Shown here: positions 17,936-25,877 of the stretch, one piece after another
Layout of the letters: every line of letters begins with the position of its first letter
Numbering within the stretch: the stretch's first letter is position 1
Virus record (IMG/VR): IMGVR_UViG_3300027747_002427
Origin: a virus
Lineage: Duplodnaviria; Caudoviricetes
Reading direction: 5' to 3' (one strand)
DNA: 64,000 nt
The notes under the pieces: model-generated
What the model was told of the DNA's origin: nothing
Seen by the model: the letters and a program-made list of their open reading frames with translations, nothing else
Databases searched by the model: none
Program-made: the position numbers and the translations under genes

Positions 17936-19384
17936 ATGAACAATGTCAAACCAGCCCCTGGTTTCATCGATCGCTCCCGTGCCACTCAGCTCTTAGAGAA
18001 GTGGGCCCCTGTTCTTGATTACTCAAGTGACAAGGTTTCCCCAATCCAAGACGAGCATGCACGTCTTTCAACAGCAATGTTGATGGAAAACCAAGAGCGT
18101 TGGTGCTTAGAGGAAGCAGGTAATTCATATGCAGGTGGTGCCCTCGGTACCTCCTCATACGGATCAATCTACAATCCTCCAGGCTCCGTCACAACTAGTG
18201 ATACATACGCAGCTAATGATGCGCGCTTACCAAAGGTATTAATCCCAATGGTTCGCCGTACATTCCCTGAGTTAATCACTAATGAGATCGTCGGTGTACA
18301 ACCAATGAGCGGCCCGGTCGGACTCGCGTTCGCATTGCGTTATCGCTATGAGGCAGACAGTTTAGGTGCAAACGGCGTCGATGGATATCAAACAGGTGTT
18401 ACAACAACAGCTGCTAATGGTGTTCCTCGTCAGTCCGATGGATCTGAACTTGGATACAACTACCTCGACACACGCTTCACTGGTACTTCAGCAACACAAC
18501 TTTCCGGAAATTCCGACTTCGCCTTCGTAGGTGAAGATAAGGGTGTAGCTGCATTACTCAGTCAGTTTGAGTTGACAGGTAACATTCCACAGGTCACAGT
18601 AGAGTTCAGTAAGACAGCAGTTGAAGCCGGCACACGCCGTCTCGCAGCCCGCTGGTCTGTTGAGCTCGAACAGGATCTTAAGAACATGAACGGTCTCGAT
18701 ATCGACTCTGAATTAACAAATGCCATGAGCTATGAAATTCAAGCCGAAATCGATCGTGAAATGGTCATCAGAATGATCCAAACTGCTCTCAATGCCGGTT
18801 CCACAAACGGATATAGCTTCTGGTACGCAGCATCAGCCGACGCACGTTGGCTCGGTGAGCGTAATCGTGACTTCTACAGCAAGGTAATCGTTCAAGCCAA
18901 TCGTATTGCTATCCGCAATCGTCGTGGCAGCGCTAATTTCATTATCGCTACACCAAAGGTTTGTGCTATCCTTGAGATGTTACCAGAGTTTCAATGGATG
19001 CCTGTAAACGGCAACATCAACACCCAACCAACTGGCATTGCCAAGGTTGGTACACTTGGTGGTCGTTTCACAGTCTACCGTGACACTCGTACAGACGCAC
19101 AATTCCTCGCAGGAGCACGCAGTACAGCACTCGAGTACGCCCTCTTAGGTTACAAAGGCACAGAGTATTACGATACAGGTATCGTATACTGCCCATATAT
19201 CCCTGTCATGATTCAGAGAACAGTCGGACCAAACGACTTCAGCCCACGCGTTGGGTTGATGACCCGTTATGGAGTCGTAGATTACATCTTCGGCGCTTCC
19301 CTCTACTATCACGTAATCATCGTTAGCGGATTGGGCACCTCTTTTGCCGGCGGCGCCAATGGCCAATCAACAATCTATATCTAA
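17936..19384 (+). CDS. gp23: Major capsid protein (T4 gp23 family)
   Basis: LLEKWAPVL, LIPMVRRTFPELITNEIVGVQPMSGPVGLAFALRY, RRLAARWSVELEQDLKNMNGLD, YCPYIP, FSPRVGLMTRYG. Confidence 0.98.
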   Translation: MNNVKPAPGFIDRSRATQLLEKWAPVLDYSSDKVSPIQDEHARLSTAMLMENQERWCLEEAGNSYAGGALGTSSYGSIYNPPGSVTTSDTYAANDARLPKVLIPMVRRTFPELITNEIVGVQPMSGPVGLAFALRYRYEADSLGANGVDGYQTGVTTTAANGVPRQSDGSELGYNYLDTRFTGTSATQLSGNSDFAFVGEDKGVAALLSQFELTGNIPQVTVEFSKTAVEAGTRRLAARWSVELEQDLKNMNGLDIDSELTNAMSYEIQAEIDREMVIRMIQTALNAGSTNGYSFWYAASADARWLGERNRDFYSKVIVQANRIAIRNRRGSANFIIATPKVCAILEMLPEFQWMPVNGNINTQPTGIAKVGTLGGRFTVYRDTRTDAQFLAGARSTALEYALLGYKGTEYYDTGIVYCPYIPVMIQRTVGPNDFSPRVGLMTRYGVVDYIFGASLYYHVIIVSGLGTSFAGGANGQSTIYI

Positions 19385-19407
19385 ACCATATAAATTGTAA
19401 GAAAGTT

Positions 19408-19445
19408 TTGCCTACCTTGATTGCTCGGGGTAGGCAATTTTTTTG
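19408..19445 (+). terminator. Intrinsic terminator after gp23
   Basis: Stem TTGCCTACCTTGA / TCGGGGTAGGCAA (two G-U pairs), TTGC loop, followed by a T run. Confidence 0.85.
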
Positions 19446-19446
19446 C

Positions 19447-19475
19447 TTGTATTTTCCAATATATTGTTATATATT
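19447..19475 (+). promoter_or_regulatory. Sigma70-type promoter TTGTAT-N17-TATATT
   Basis: -35 at 19447-19452 and -10 at 19470-19475; expected +1 falls on ATG 19482. Confidence 0.65.
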
Positions 19476-19481
19476 ATACGT

Positions 19482-20027
19482 ATGAAATATGCATTAACAG
19501 GGTCTCATGGTGTTGGTAAGACTACTATTATCAACGAGCTATGTGATTACCTAGAATTATCTAGAATTAAGCCTATTATTAATAGTAGTAATGCTCGTAA
19601 GATTATGCTTTCTGGCAGGACTATTAATGATTCTGGGGATGATATTGTTCAGATGATTGTTGAATGTAGTCATGTTAGTAAATTTTGTGAAGATGATTGG
19701 TTTGCTGATCGTAGTGTTTTGGATGGGTATGCTTATACAAAGTATTTGCATAATCAGGGTAAAGTATCAAATGAAGTGATGAATGTAATTGAAAAATTAA
19801 TGAGCACATTTGTTAAACTTTATGATAATATTTTTTATATTCCAGTAGAATTTGATATGATTAAAGATGGTGTAAGAAAAGAAGACGAGCAATTCCAGAA
19901 AGATATAGATAATATTATATATAACACAATGATTAATAATAATATTAGCTTTCATACTATAACAGGTTCTGTAGTAGAGAGAGTAGAAAAGATTAAAGGT
20001 ATTATTCATCCTCACTTCGATTACTAA
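19482..20027 (+). CDS. P-loop NTPase, AAA_28/NadR-type nucleotide-kinase-like; start revised to ATG 19482
   Basis: MKYALTGSHGVGKTT, DRSVLDGYAY, YDNIFYIP...DGVR; aligns with 4594..5223 from residue 1. Confidence 0.8.
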   Translation: MKYALTGSHGVGKTTIINELCDYLELSRIKPIINSSNARKIMLSGRTINDSGDDIVQMIVECSHVSKFCEDDWFADRSVLDGYAYTKYLHNQGKVSNEVMNVIEKLMSTFVKLYDNIFYIPVEFDMIKDGVRKEDEQFQKDIDNIIYNTMINNNISFHTITGSVVERVEKIKGIIHPHFDY

Positions 20028-20028
20028 A

Positions 20029-20484
20029 TTGCAAACCTTTCTTCCTTATCCTGATTTTGCTAAGTCAGTTAAATGTCTAGACATGAGGCGTCTAGGTAAA
20101 CAAAGAGCTGAAGTCTATGGATTACTTCGGTCTTTTGAAATGGATCCAGAACAAGATAAGAAGCTTGGATTTAGAGATCCTAATAAATGGATGTGGTGGG
20201 GTCATTTTAATCAATTAATTGAATATGGTATAGCAGCTTGTGATGAATGGATCTCTCGCGGATATAAAGATACTTGCAGAGAGAAGATAGCAGCTTACAA
20301 GGATGTTTTTTCAAAGAATAATGAGCTTCCTTTTTGGTTTGGCAATGCTAAAGTACATTATTCGCATCAATGTGTTTTATTAAAAAAAGCTCCAGAACAT
20401 TATAGTAGGCTTTTTCCATATGCAGATATTAACCAAGGTTATATTTGGCCAGATTGTAGACATAACTTCTATTGGTATAAGTAA
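20029..20484 (+). CDS. Pyrimidine-dimer DNA glycosylase family (DenV/MSMEG_6728-like)
   Basis: MQTFLPY.DF..S...LD.RRLGKQR.E, W.SRGYKDTC, P.WFG...VH.SHQ..LL.K.PEHY; TTG start. Confidence 0.8.
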   Translation: MQTFLPYPDFAKSVKCLDMRRLGKQRAEVYGLLRSFEMDPEQDKKLGFRDPNKWMWWGHFNQLIEYGIAACDEWISRGYKDTCREKIAAYKDVFSKNNELPFWFGNAKVHYSHQCVLLKKAPEHYSRLFPYADINQGYIWPDCRHNFYWYK

Positions 20485-20490
20485 TAGATA

Positions 20491-20940
20491 ATGGATTTTA
20501 AGAGTTATTATAATTTGAACGAGAACGTAAACAAGTTTGACATTAATTGGCAAATTGTTCGTACAGATGCTAGAGATATTAAAGATGTATCAGAAAAGAT
20601 TTCTCATGTAATACATTTTTTAAATGATCATCCTACTAAAGAAAATTACGGAAGGGTTCACAATTGGCTTAGAATGACTAAGCTTGGTTATAAATCAGAG
20701 CCAGAAAAGGCCCAACAATTTGAACACGCCTTGGATCACATAGAAAACAATAAAGAGAAATATAATTCTATAGAAGATCTCGGAGATATCTCTTCTATAG
20801 ATTCCAATAAACTTTTAAAAGTTTATAAAGACTTAAAGAAAAGAAAATACGGTTTTCAAATTAAGACAGTGCCTAAAGCACATACAGACTTTCTTCAGCA
20901 ATTAGAATTTGAATTAGAAAAGAGAAGAATAAAAATTTAA
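20491..20940 (+). CDS. Hypothetical protein, candidate internal head protein
   Basis: MDFKSYYNLNE/N leader; TATAAGTA at 20476-20483, 7 nt upstream. Confidence 0.65.
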   Translation: MDFKSYYNLNENVNKFDINWQIVRTDARDIKDVSEKISHVIHFLNDHPTKENYGRVHNWLRMTKLGYKSEPEKAQQFEHALDHIENNKEKYNSIEDLGDISSIDSNKLLKVYKDLKKRKYGFQIKTVPKAHTDFLQQLEFELEKRRIKI

Positions 20941-21014
20941 TTTTTGTGTTTTATTATTACACTAGCTAATAATAAAATCACAACCAGATAAAAAATTGAT
21001 TCTATAGCACTCAC
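20937..21014 (-). CDS. Putative 25-aa single-pass membrane microprotein (not in the ORF track)
   Basis: GTG overlapping the upstream TGA (GTGA, as at 11132 and 15481); reads MSAIESIFYLVVILLLASVIIKHKN and fills the intergenic gap. Confidence 0.4.
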   Translation of the reverse strand: MSAIESIFYLVVILLLASVIIKHKN

Positions 21015-21484
21015 AAGTCAGGATCTGAATCCTGTATTAACTCTACTTTATCCCTCTTATTTTTGTCATATAATTTTGACATTATTTCATCCCTAGTTGC
21101 TATGAGCACATTAGTGGTAGGAGGTTTTATATTCTTGGCAGCAGATACTTCCATCTGTTTAATTTCTATATTATTTTTAATCTGCTTATTTTGCATATTA
21201 ATTTTATTCAAAGAATCTAAAGCTTTGGTAGTTGCATTAATTAAAGAAGCTAAAGCTGCTATCTCTTGTGGATTTTGTCCGGTAATGACTATATCCTTTA
21301 AAGAATTAACAGCATCTAAACTAGCTTCTATATTTTCTGTAGCCTTCTTAATAACATATTCATTCATGTTATCATCATTAACCTCCGGAAGAGGAGTTTC
21401 TGATGGAACTACTTGATTATTAGAAGGTACTGAATCAGCTCGCAATTGCTCAACAATTGCATCTATCTCATTATTTGATTCCAT
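21011..21484 (-). CDS. gp16: Terminase small subunit (T4 gp16-like)
   Basis: Two-helix core (EASLDAVNSLKDIV..QNPQEIAALASLINATTKALDSL) and C-terminal TNVLIATRDEIMSKL resemble gp16 homologues. Confidence 0.55.
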   Translation of the reverse strand: MESNNEIDAIVEQLRADSVPSNNQVVPSETPLPEVNDDNMNEYVIKKATENIEASLDAVNSLKDIVITGQNPQEIAALASLINATTKALDSLNKINMQNKQIKNNIEIKQMEVSAAKNIKPPTTNVLIATRDEIMSKLYDKNKRDKVELIQDSDPDL

Positions 21485-21545
21485 GTTGAATTATTATACA
21501 AATATCTTACTATTATACTTATGGAGCTTCTCAGATATTTCCATG

Positions 21546-21573
21546 TTGAAAAAAGTCTAATGTATTTTATTAT
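21546..21573 (+). promoter_or_regulatory. Sigma70-type promoter TTGAAA-N16-TATTAT
   Basis: -10 ends at 21573; expected +1 falls on the dUTPase ATG 21580. Confidence 0.55.
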
Positions 21574-21579
21574 AGTCAT

Positions 21580-22035
21580 ATGAATGAAGAACCTTTTAAG
21601 TTAGAACCAATAAGAATACATTTTATAAAAACACATCCAGATGCAATTCTTCCATCTAAGAAGAATATAAATGATACCGGATATGATCTTTCTTCCGTTG
21701 AAGAAGTAGTAGTACCAGCTAAAGGGTCAGCAGTTGTTCCTACGGGATTACAAGTAGCAAAGACAGAAAGAGGTTTATGGTATTTAATTCTTCCTCGTTC
21801 AGGTATGGGATTTAAACACAGCATACAACCACATTTAGGAGTTATAGATAATGAATATAGAGGTGATTTAGGAGTTAAGCTTTACAACTTTTCTGATGTT
21901 GATTACAAGGTAAACAAAGGTGATAGAGTAGCTCAAATTGCTTACTTCCCATTACTTTGCATAGAACCTACATGGGCAACAGAAACAGACGAAACTTCTC
22001 GCGGAGCTAATGGATTTGGTAGCTCAGGCTTCTAA
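21580..22035 (+). CDS. dut: Trimeric dUTPase
   Basis: All five motifs: TGYDL, PRSGMG, GVIDNEYRG, GDRVAQ, RGANGFGSSG. Confidence 0.96.
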   Translation: MNEEPFKLEPIRIHFIKTHPDAILPSKKNINDTGYDLSSVEEVVVPAKGSAVVPTGLQVAKTERGLWYLILPRSGMGFKHSIQPHLGVIDNEYRGDLGVKLYNFSDVDYKVNKGDRVAQIAYFPLLCIEPTWATETDETSRGANGFGSSGF

Positions 22036-22970
22036 TGAGTAATCATTACGAAACACTTTGGGTTGAGCGCTACAGACCCAAGACATTAAAAGACATTATT
22101 CTCACAGAAGAGAATAGAGAACATTTTAATACTATCGGAGAAGATACACCTAATATTCTTTTTCACGGATCTCCTGGTACTGGTAAAAGTACCTTAGCTA
22201 AGATTATTGTTATTGATATTTTAAAATGTCAATATCTTTATATTAATGCTTCGGATGAAAGTGGTATTGATACTATTAGAAATAAAGTTATTAGCTTTGC
22301 TCAGACCCGTTCAGTAGATGGAAAGAAGAAAGTAGTAATATTAGAAGAGGCTGATGGTCTTACAGGTGATGCATTACGTATTCTTCGCAATGTCATGGAA
22401 GAATATGTAGATACTACTCGATTTATTCTTACAGCCAATTATCTCAATAAAATAATTGAGCCTATTAGATCGCGTTGTATGCTTTTTAAATTACAACCAG
22501 ACTTAGTAGGATGTGTTACTAGAGTTGTAGAGATTTTAAAGAAAGAAAATATCAAGGTCGATGCTAATACTTCTAAAAGACTAGCTGAATTTACTACAGA
22601 TAGGTATCCAGACCTTAGACGTATTATTAATGATCTACAAAGGTTTTCTGTATCAGGTTCTTTAGTTATTCCAGAAGACGATCAGATATCAGATTTGGCA
22701 TCTTATATTATTAAAGGATTAGCAGTTTCTAAGACATCTTCTTTAGATCTTAGAAAGAAAGTTATTGAATCAGAAAAGTTATTCAATAGTGACTACCAAT
22801 TGCTTTTAAAGCAAATGTTTGATTATGTCTATGATTCAGGTTTAACAGAGAAGGAGAAGAAGATTCTCCTCATAGACATAGGTGAATATATGTATAGAGA
22901 TAATTTCGTATTAGATCACGAAATTAATTTCTTCTGCTGTTTACTGGCTATAGAAGCTTCGTTTAATTAA
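22035..22970 (+). CDS. gp44: Clamp loader large subunit (T4 gp44/RFC family AAA+)
   Basis: LWVERYRP, GSPGTGKST, INASDESGIDTIR, LEEADGL, SRC, PDLRRIINDLQ. Confidence 0.93.
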   Translation: MSNHYETLWVERYRPKTLKDIILTEENREHFNTIGEDTPNILFHGSPGTGKSTLAKIIVIDILKCQYLYINASDESGIDTIRNKVISFAQTRSVDGKKKVVILEEADGLTGDALRILRNVMEEYVDTTRFILTANYLNKIIEPIRSRCMLFKLQPDLVGCVTRVVEILKKENIKVDANTSKRLAEFTTDRYPDLRRIINDLQRFSVSGSLVIPEDDQISDLASYIIKGLAVSKTSSLDLRKKVIESEKLFNSDYQLLLKQMFDYVYDSGLTEKEKKILLIDIGEYMYRDNFVLDHEINFFCCLLAIEASFN

Positions 22971-23533
22971 ACGTAACGCTTTTCCTTAGCAGGAGAAGCT
23001 GGAATAGAAGTATTCTTCTTAGGTAAAGAATCATCCGTAGGACGATTGTTTAGAATATCAAAATCATTCTTTAATTCTGTAGCCTTTGAATCACCAATAG
23101 GACGCTCATACTTGTTAGGAACACCTTGAACTGGTGGTAAATTGTTACCGAAATTTAATACTTCAACATATTCATAATTGCCCGGCACAGTGAATTCATT
23201 GAATTCTGTAGGCCATTGTAATGTACGAGGATCTGTTTTTAAAGTTAATAAGATATCAGAACCACCAGCTAAATCATTAGCATCTTTAGAACTAGCATTT
23301 GTTGAATTGCTTGAAACTTCGTGAATAAAGAAAAAGGTTTCTGGATTGGATTCTAAGATACCTTTAATCCATTGATCGAATACACCATCTCTCTGATATC
23401 TCTCTTTATAGAAATTTGACTTGAAAAAAGCTGGTGTAAGCTTCACTGGGGAATTAGTGCGAAAACCCCCATTAGAAAAATGGGAAAATGCCTTTTCGCA
23501 TAATGTTTGGAATTTGTTGAATTTTTGACTCAT
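22967..23533 (-). CDS. Hypothetical late protein
   Basis: 188-aa ORF; TAAATA on the minus strand upstream; no recognised motif. Confidence 0.7.
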   Translation of the reverse strand: MSQKFNKFQTLCEKAFSHFSNGGFRTNSPVKLTPAFFKSNFYKERYQRDGVFDQWIKGILESNPETFFFIHEVSSNSTNASSKDANDLAGGSDILLTLKTDPRTLQWPTEFNEFTVPGNYEYVEVLNFGNNLPPVQGVPNKYERPIGDSKATELKNDFDILNNRPTDDSLPKKNTSIPASPAKEKRYV

Positions 23534-23552
23534 AGATATTGTATGTTAGACC

Positions 23553-23562
23553 TAAATATTTA
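23553..23562. promoter_or_regulatory. Palindromic bidirectional late promoter TAAATATTTA
   Basis: A perfect palindrome giving TAAATA on both strands, in the 37-nt gap between divergent genes. Confidence 0.6.
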
Positions 23563-23570
23563 CCTCCGAC

Positions 23571-24077
23571 ATGGCAACTATTTACCTAGATAATTTAATT
23601 AATCCCCGCCAAACTCAGTATTCCACCACTTTACCTTCAAAAGAACCAGTAAAAGTGATGTCTGTTTATACAGATTTGCATTTAGATTTGACTATGGCTA
23701 AAAATGTCGGAATAGGATTGAACCCTCAAACCTCTAATGATATTCAAGTAGATAATGATGTAGCAGCTATAACAAATTCTTTACGCAACATATTCACAAC
23801 TATACCAGGACAAAAGATATTATCACCTTCCTTTGGTTCTAATTTGAATCAATATCTTTTTGAAAAGGTAGACAATATCAGAGGTAAAATTATAGGCAAT
23901 GATATATTAAGAGCAATAACCACCTTTGAACCTAGGGTCTCTATAGTAAATATAGAAGTATATCCGTTACCAGACCAATTGATGTATCACGTAATACTCA
24001 TATATAAATTAGCAGGTAATAACAATATATTTAAAACTCCTATGAAAATATTTTCCAATAACATTCAAATATTATGA
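23571..24077 (+). CDS. gp25: Baseplate wedge subunit (T4 gp25 family)
   Basis: AITNSLRNIFTTIPGQKILSPSFGSNLNQYLFE, AITTFEPRV. Confidence 0.92.
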   Translation: MATIYLDNLINPRQTQYSTTLPSKEPVKVMSVYTDLHLDLTMAKNVGIGLNPQTSNDIQVDNDVAAITNSLRNIFTTIPGQKILSPSFGSNLNQYLFEKVDNIRGKIIGNDILRAITTFEPRVSIVNIEVYPLPDQLMYHVILIYKLAGNNNIFKTPMKIFSNNIQIL

Positions 24078-25870
24078 GCAATGACCCTTTTAATTCCAAT
24101 TCTTATGTAGCCTTTGATGGAACAAGCATCAGAGATTTAATCATTAGTAAATTAAATCAAGGTCAAGTTTTTACGGATCAAAATTATCAAGGATCCAATC
24201 TATCAGCTTTAATAGATATCATAGGATATAGTTTTAGTACCTTATTATTTTATCTTAATAAGACTTCTTCGGAATCCATGTTTACAGAATCTCAACTTTA
24301 TGAGAACATGAATAGAATTGTAAAATTATTAAGTTATAATCCAGTTGGAAGACTTGGCCAAAATGTTCCTTTTACAATTAAAACATCTGAATATATTACT
24401 TCTGGAAATTACACCATACCTAGATATAGCAATATAACCGTAGGTAATAATATATATTCTTTTAATCACGATATTAATTTTACAAAATATACAGATTTAG
24501 CTGAAACCATTTCCGATATAGCAAATACCCATTTAATATATCAAGGAGGATTTCAAGAATATCCTCTTTATACTGCTTTTGGTATAGATAATGAAATAAT
24601 ATATCTATCATTGCCTCCGAATGTTAATGTAGATCACTTTAACATTTTTGTATATGTAAAACCTTTTGACACTGGACACTGGGAAGATTGGACAAGAGCT
24701 TCTGAATTATTCCTTTATAATGCAACTGATTCTGTTTATGAAGTAAGATTTAATTCTAATAAAAATTATGAAATTAAATTTGGTAATGATGTTAATGGGC
24801 GTAAATTAAAAACCGGAGATCAGATTCAAATATTTTATCTCAGTATTGATAAAAATGCAGCTGGCATAGGACCCAATGCTTTAAACAACACTCCTATAGT
24901 TGCTTATAATTCTAAAATTTATAATGAAATAATGTCAGACATTATTGTTAATCAAAAGTTTTTAACAACTCAACAATTAAGCCAAACCTTGATTAATAAT
25001 GAATATCCTTCTACAGTTTATTCCGAAGAAGAAAATGTAGATAGCATAAGAGCAAATGCTCCTCAAGCATTTAGATCTCAATATAGATTAGTTACGACTA
25101 CAGATTATGAATCTTATGTAAGATCCAATTATTCTAATTTCTTATCAGATTTAAAATTAATAAACAACGATGATTATTTAAAAGGTCATATCAAGTATCT
25201 ATATAATATAGGACTTAATGAACCTCAAAAAGAAAATAGAGTATTAATAAATCAAATTAATTTTGCCAATAGTTGTAATTTTAATAATCTTTATTTGTAT
25301 ATGGTACCTAGTAGTAATTTGCAAGAGTATCTTTCTTCTCCTCAAAAAGAAATAATTCTAAACGGATTAAATTCAAATAAGACTTTGACTTCACAAATAG
25401 TTCCAATGGATCCGGTATATATGTATTTGGATTTTTATGTAGCTAATCCAAATATTACTCCAAGTCCTAAAGATTTAAATAATTGCCAATTAATAATAAC
25501 TAAAAATCGAAATACAAGAAGAGCTGATTCAGCCATTCTTGCTGATGTTCTTAGAGTATTCTCTTCTAATTTTAATAGAGTAGCTAACAATCTCGGACAA
25601 TCAATTGATTTATATCAATTGTCTACAAACATTTTAAATATTGACGGAGTATCACGTATACAAACTTACAGAAAAGATACGGACACTTACGTAGAAGGTA
25701 TTTCCGTATTGTTGTGGAATAATACATATCCAGAAAACGATTCTCAAGTTTATAGTCAAAATATAACTTTAGATTATTTTAAATTTCCTATATTCAATAA
25801 CATAGATAATCTAACTTCTAGAATCGTTGTAAAAGAAATCACTGGAGCAATTAAAGCTGCAGACTTTTAA
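24074..25870 (+). CDS. gp6: Baseplate wedge subunit (T4 gp6 family)
   Basis: FTDQNYQGSNLSALIDI, KLLSYNP, YEVRF...YEIKFGNDVNG, ENVDSIRANAP..QYRLVTTTDY; adjacent to gp25. Confidence 0.88.
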   Translation: MSNDPFNSNSYVAFDGTSIRDLIISKLNQGQVFTDQNYQGSNLSALIDIIGYSFSTLLFYLNKTSSESMFTESQLYENMNRIVKLLSYNPVGRLGQNVPFTIKTSEYITSGNYTIPRYSNITVGNNIYSFNHDINFTKYTDLAETISDIANTHLIYQGGFQEYPLYTAFGIDNEIIYLSLPPNVNVDHFNIFVYVKPFDTGHWEDWTRASELFLYNATDSVYEVRFNSNKNYEIKFGNDVNGRKLKTGDQIQIFYLSIDKNAAGIGPNALNNTPIVAYNSKIYNEIMSDIIVNQKFLTTQQLSQTLINNEYPSTVYSEEENVDSIRANAPQAFRSQYRLVTTTDYESYVRSNYSNFLSDLKLINNDDYLKGHIKYLYNIGLNEPQKENRVLINQINFANSCNFNNLYLYMVPSSNLQEYLSSPQKEIILNGLNSNKTLTSQIVPMDPVYMYLDFYVANPNITPSPKDLNNCQLIITKNRNTRRADSAILADVLRVFSSNFNRVANNLGQSIDLYQLSTNILNIDGVSRIQTYRKDTDTYVEGISVLLWNNTYPENDSQVYSQNITLDYFKFPIFNNIDNLTSRIVVKEITGAIKAADF

Positions 25871-25877
25871 TTGACAT

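Noticed and set aside
17929-17936. TATAAATA immediately before the gp23 ATG as its promoter
   Set aside because: It lies between the SD and the start codon and overlaps the ATG, so transcription from it would omit the start.
19443-19481. N-terminal extension given by the ORF track for the second kinase
   Set aside because: It overlaps the gp23 terminator T-run and a -35/-10 promoter; the paralogue aligns from ATG 19482.
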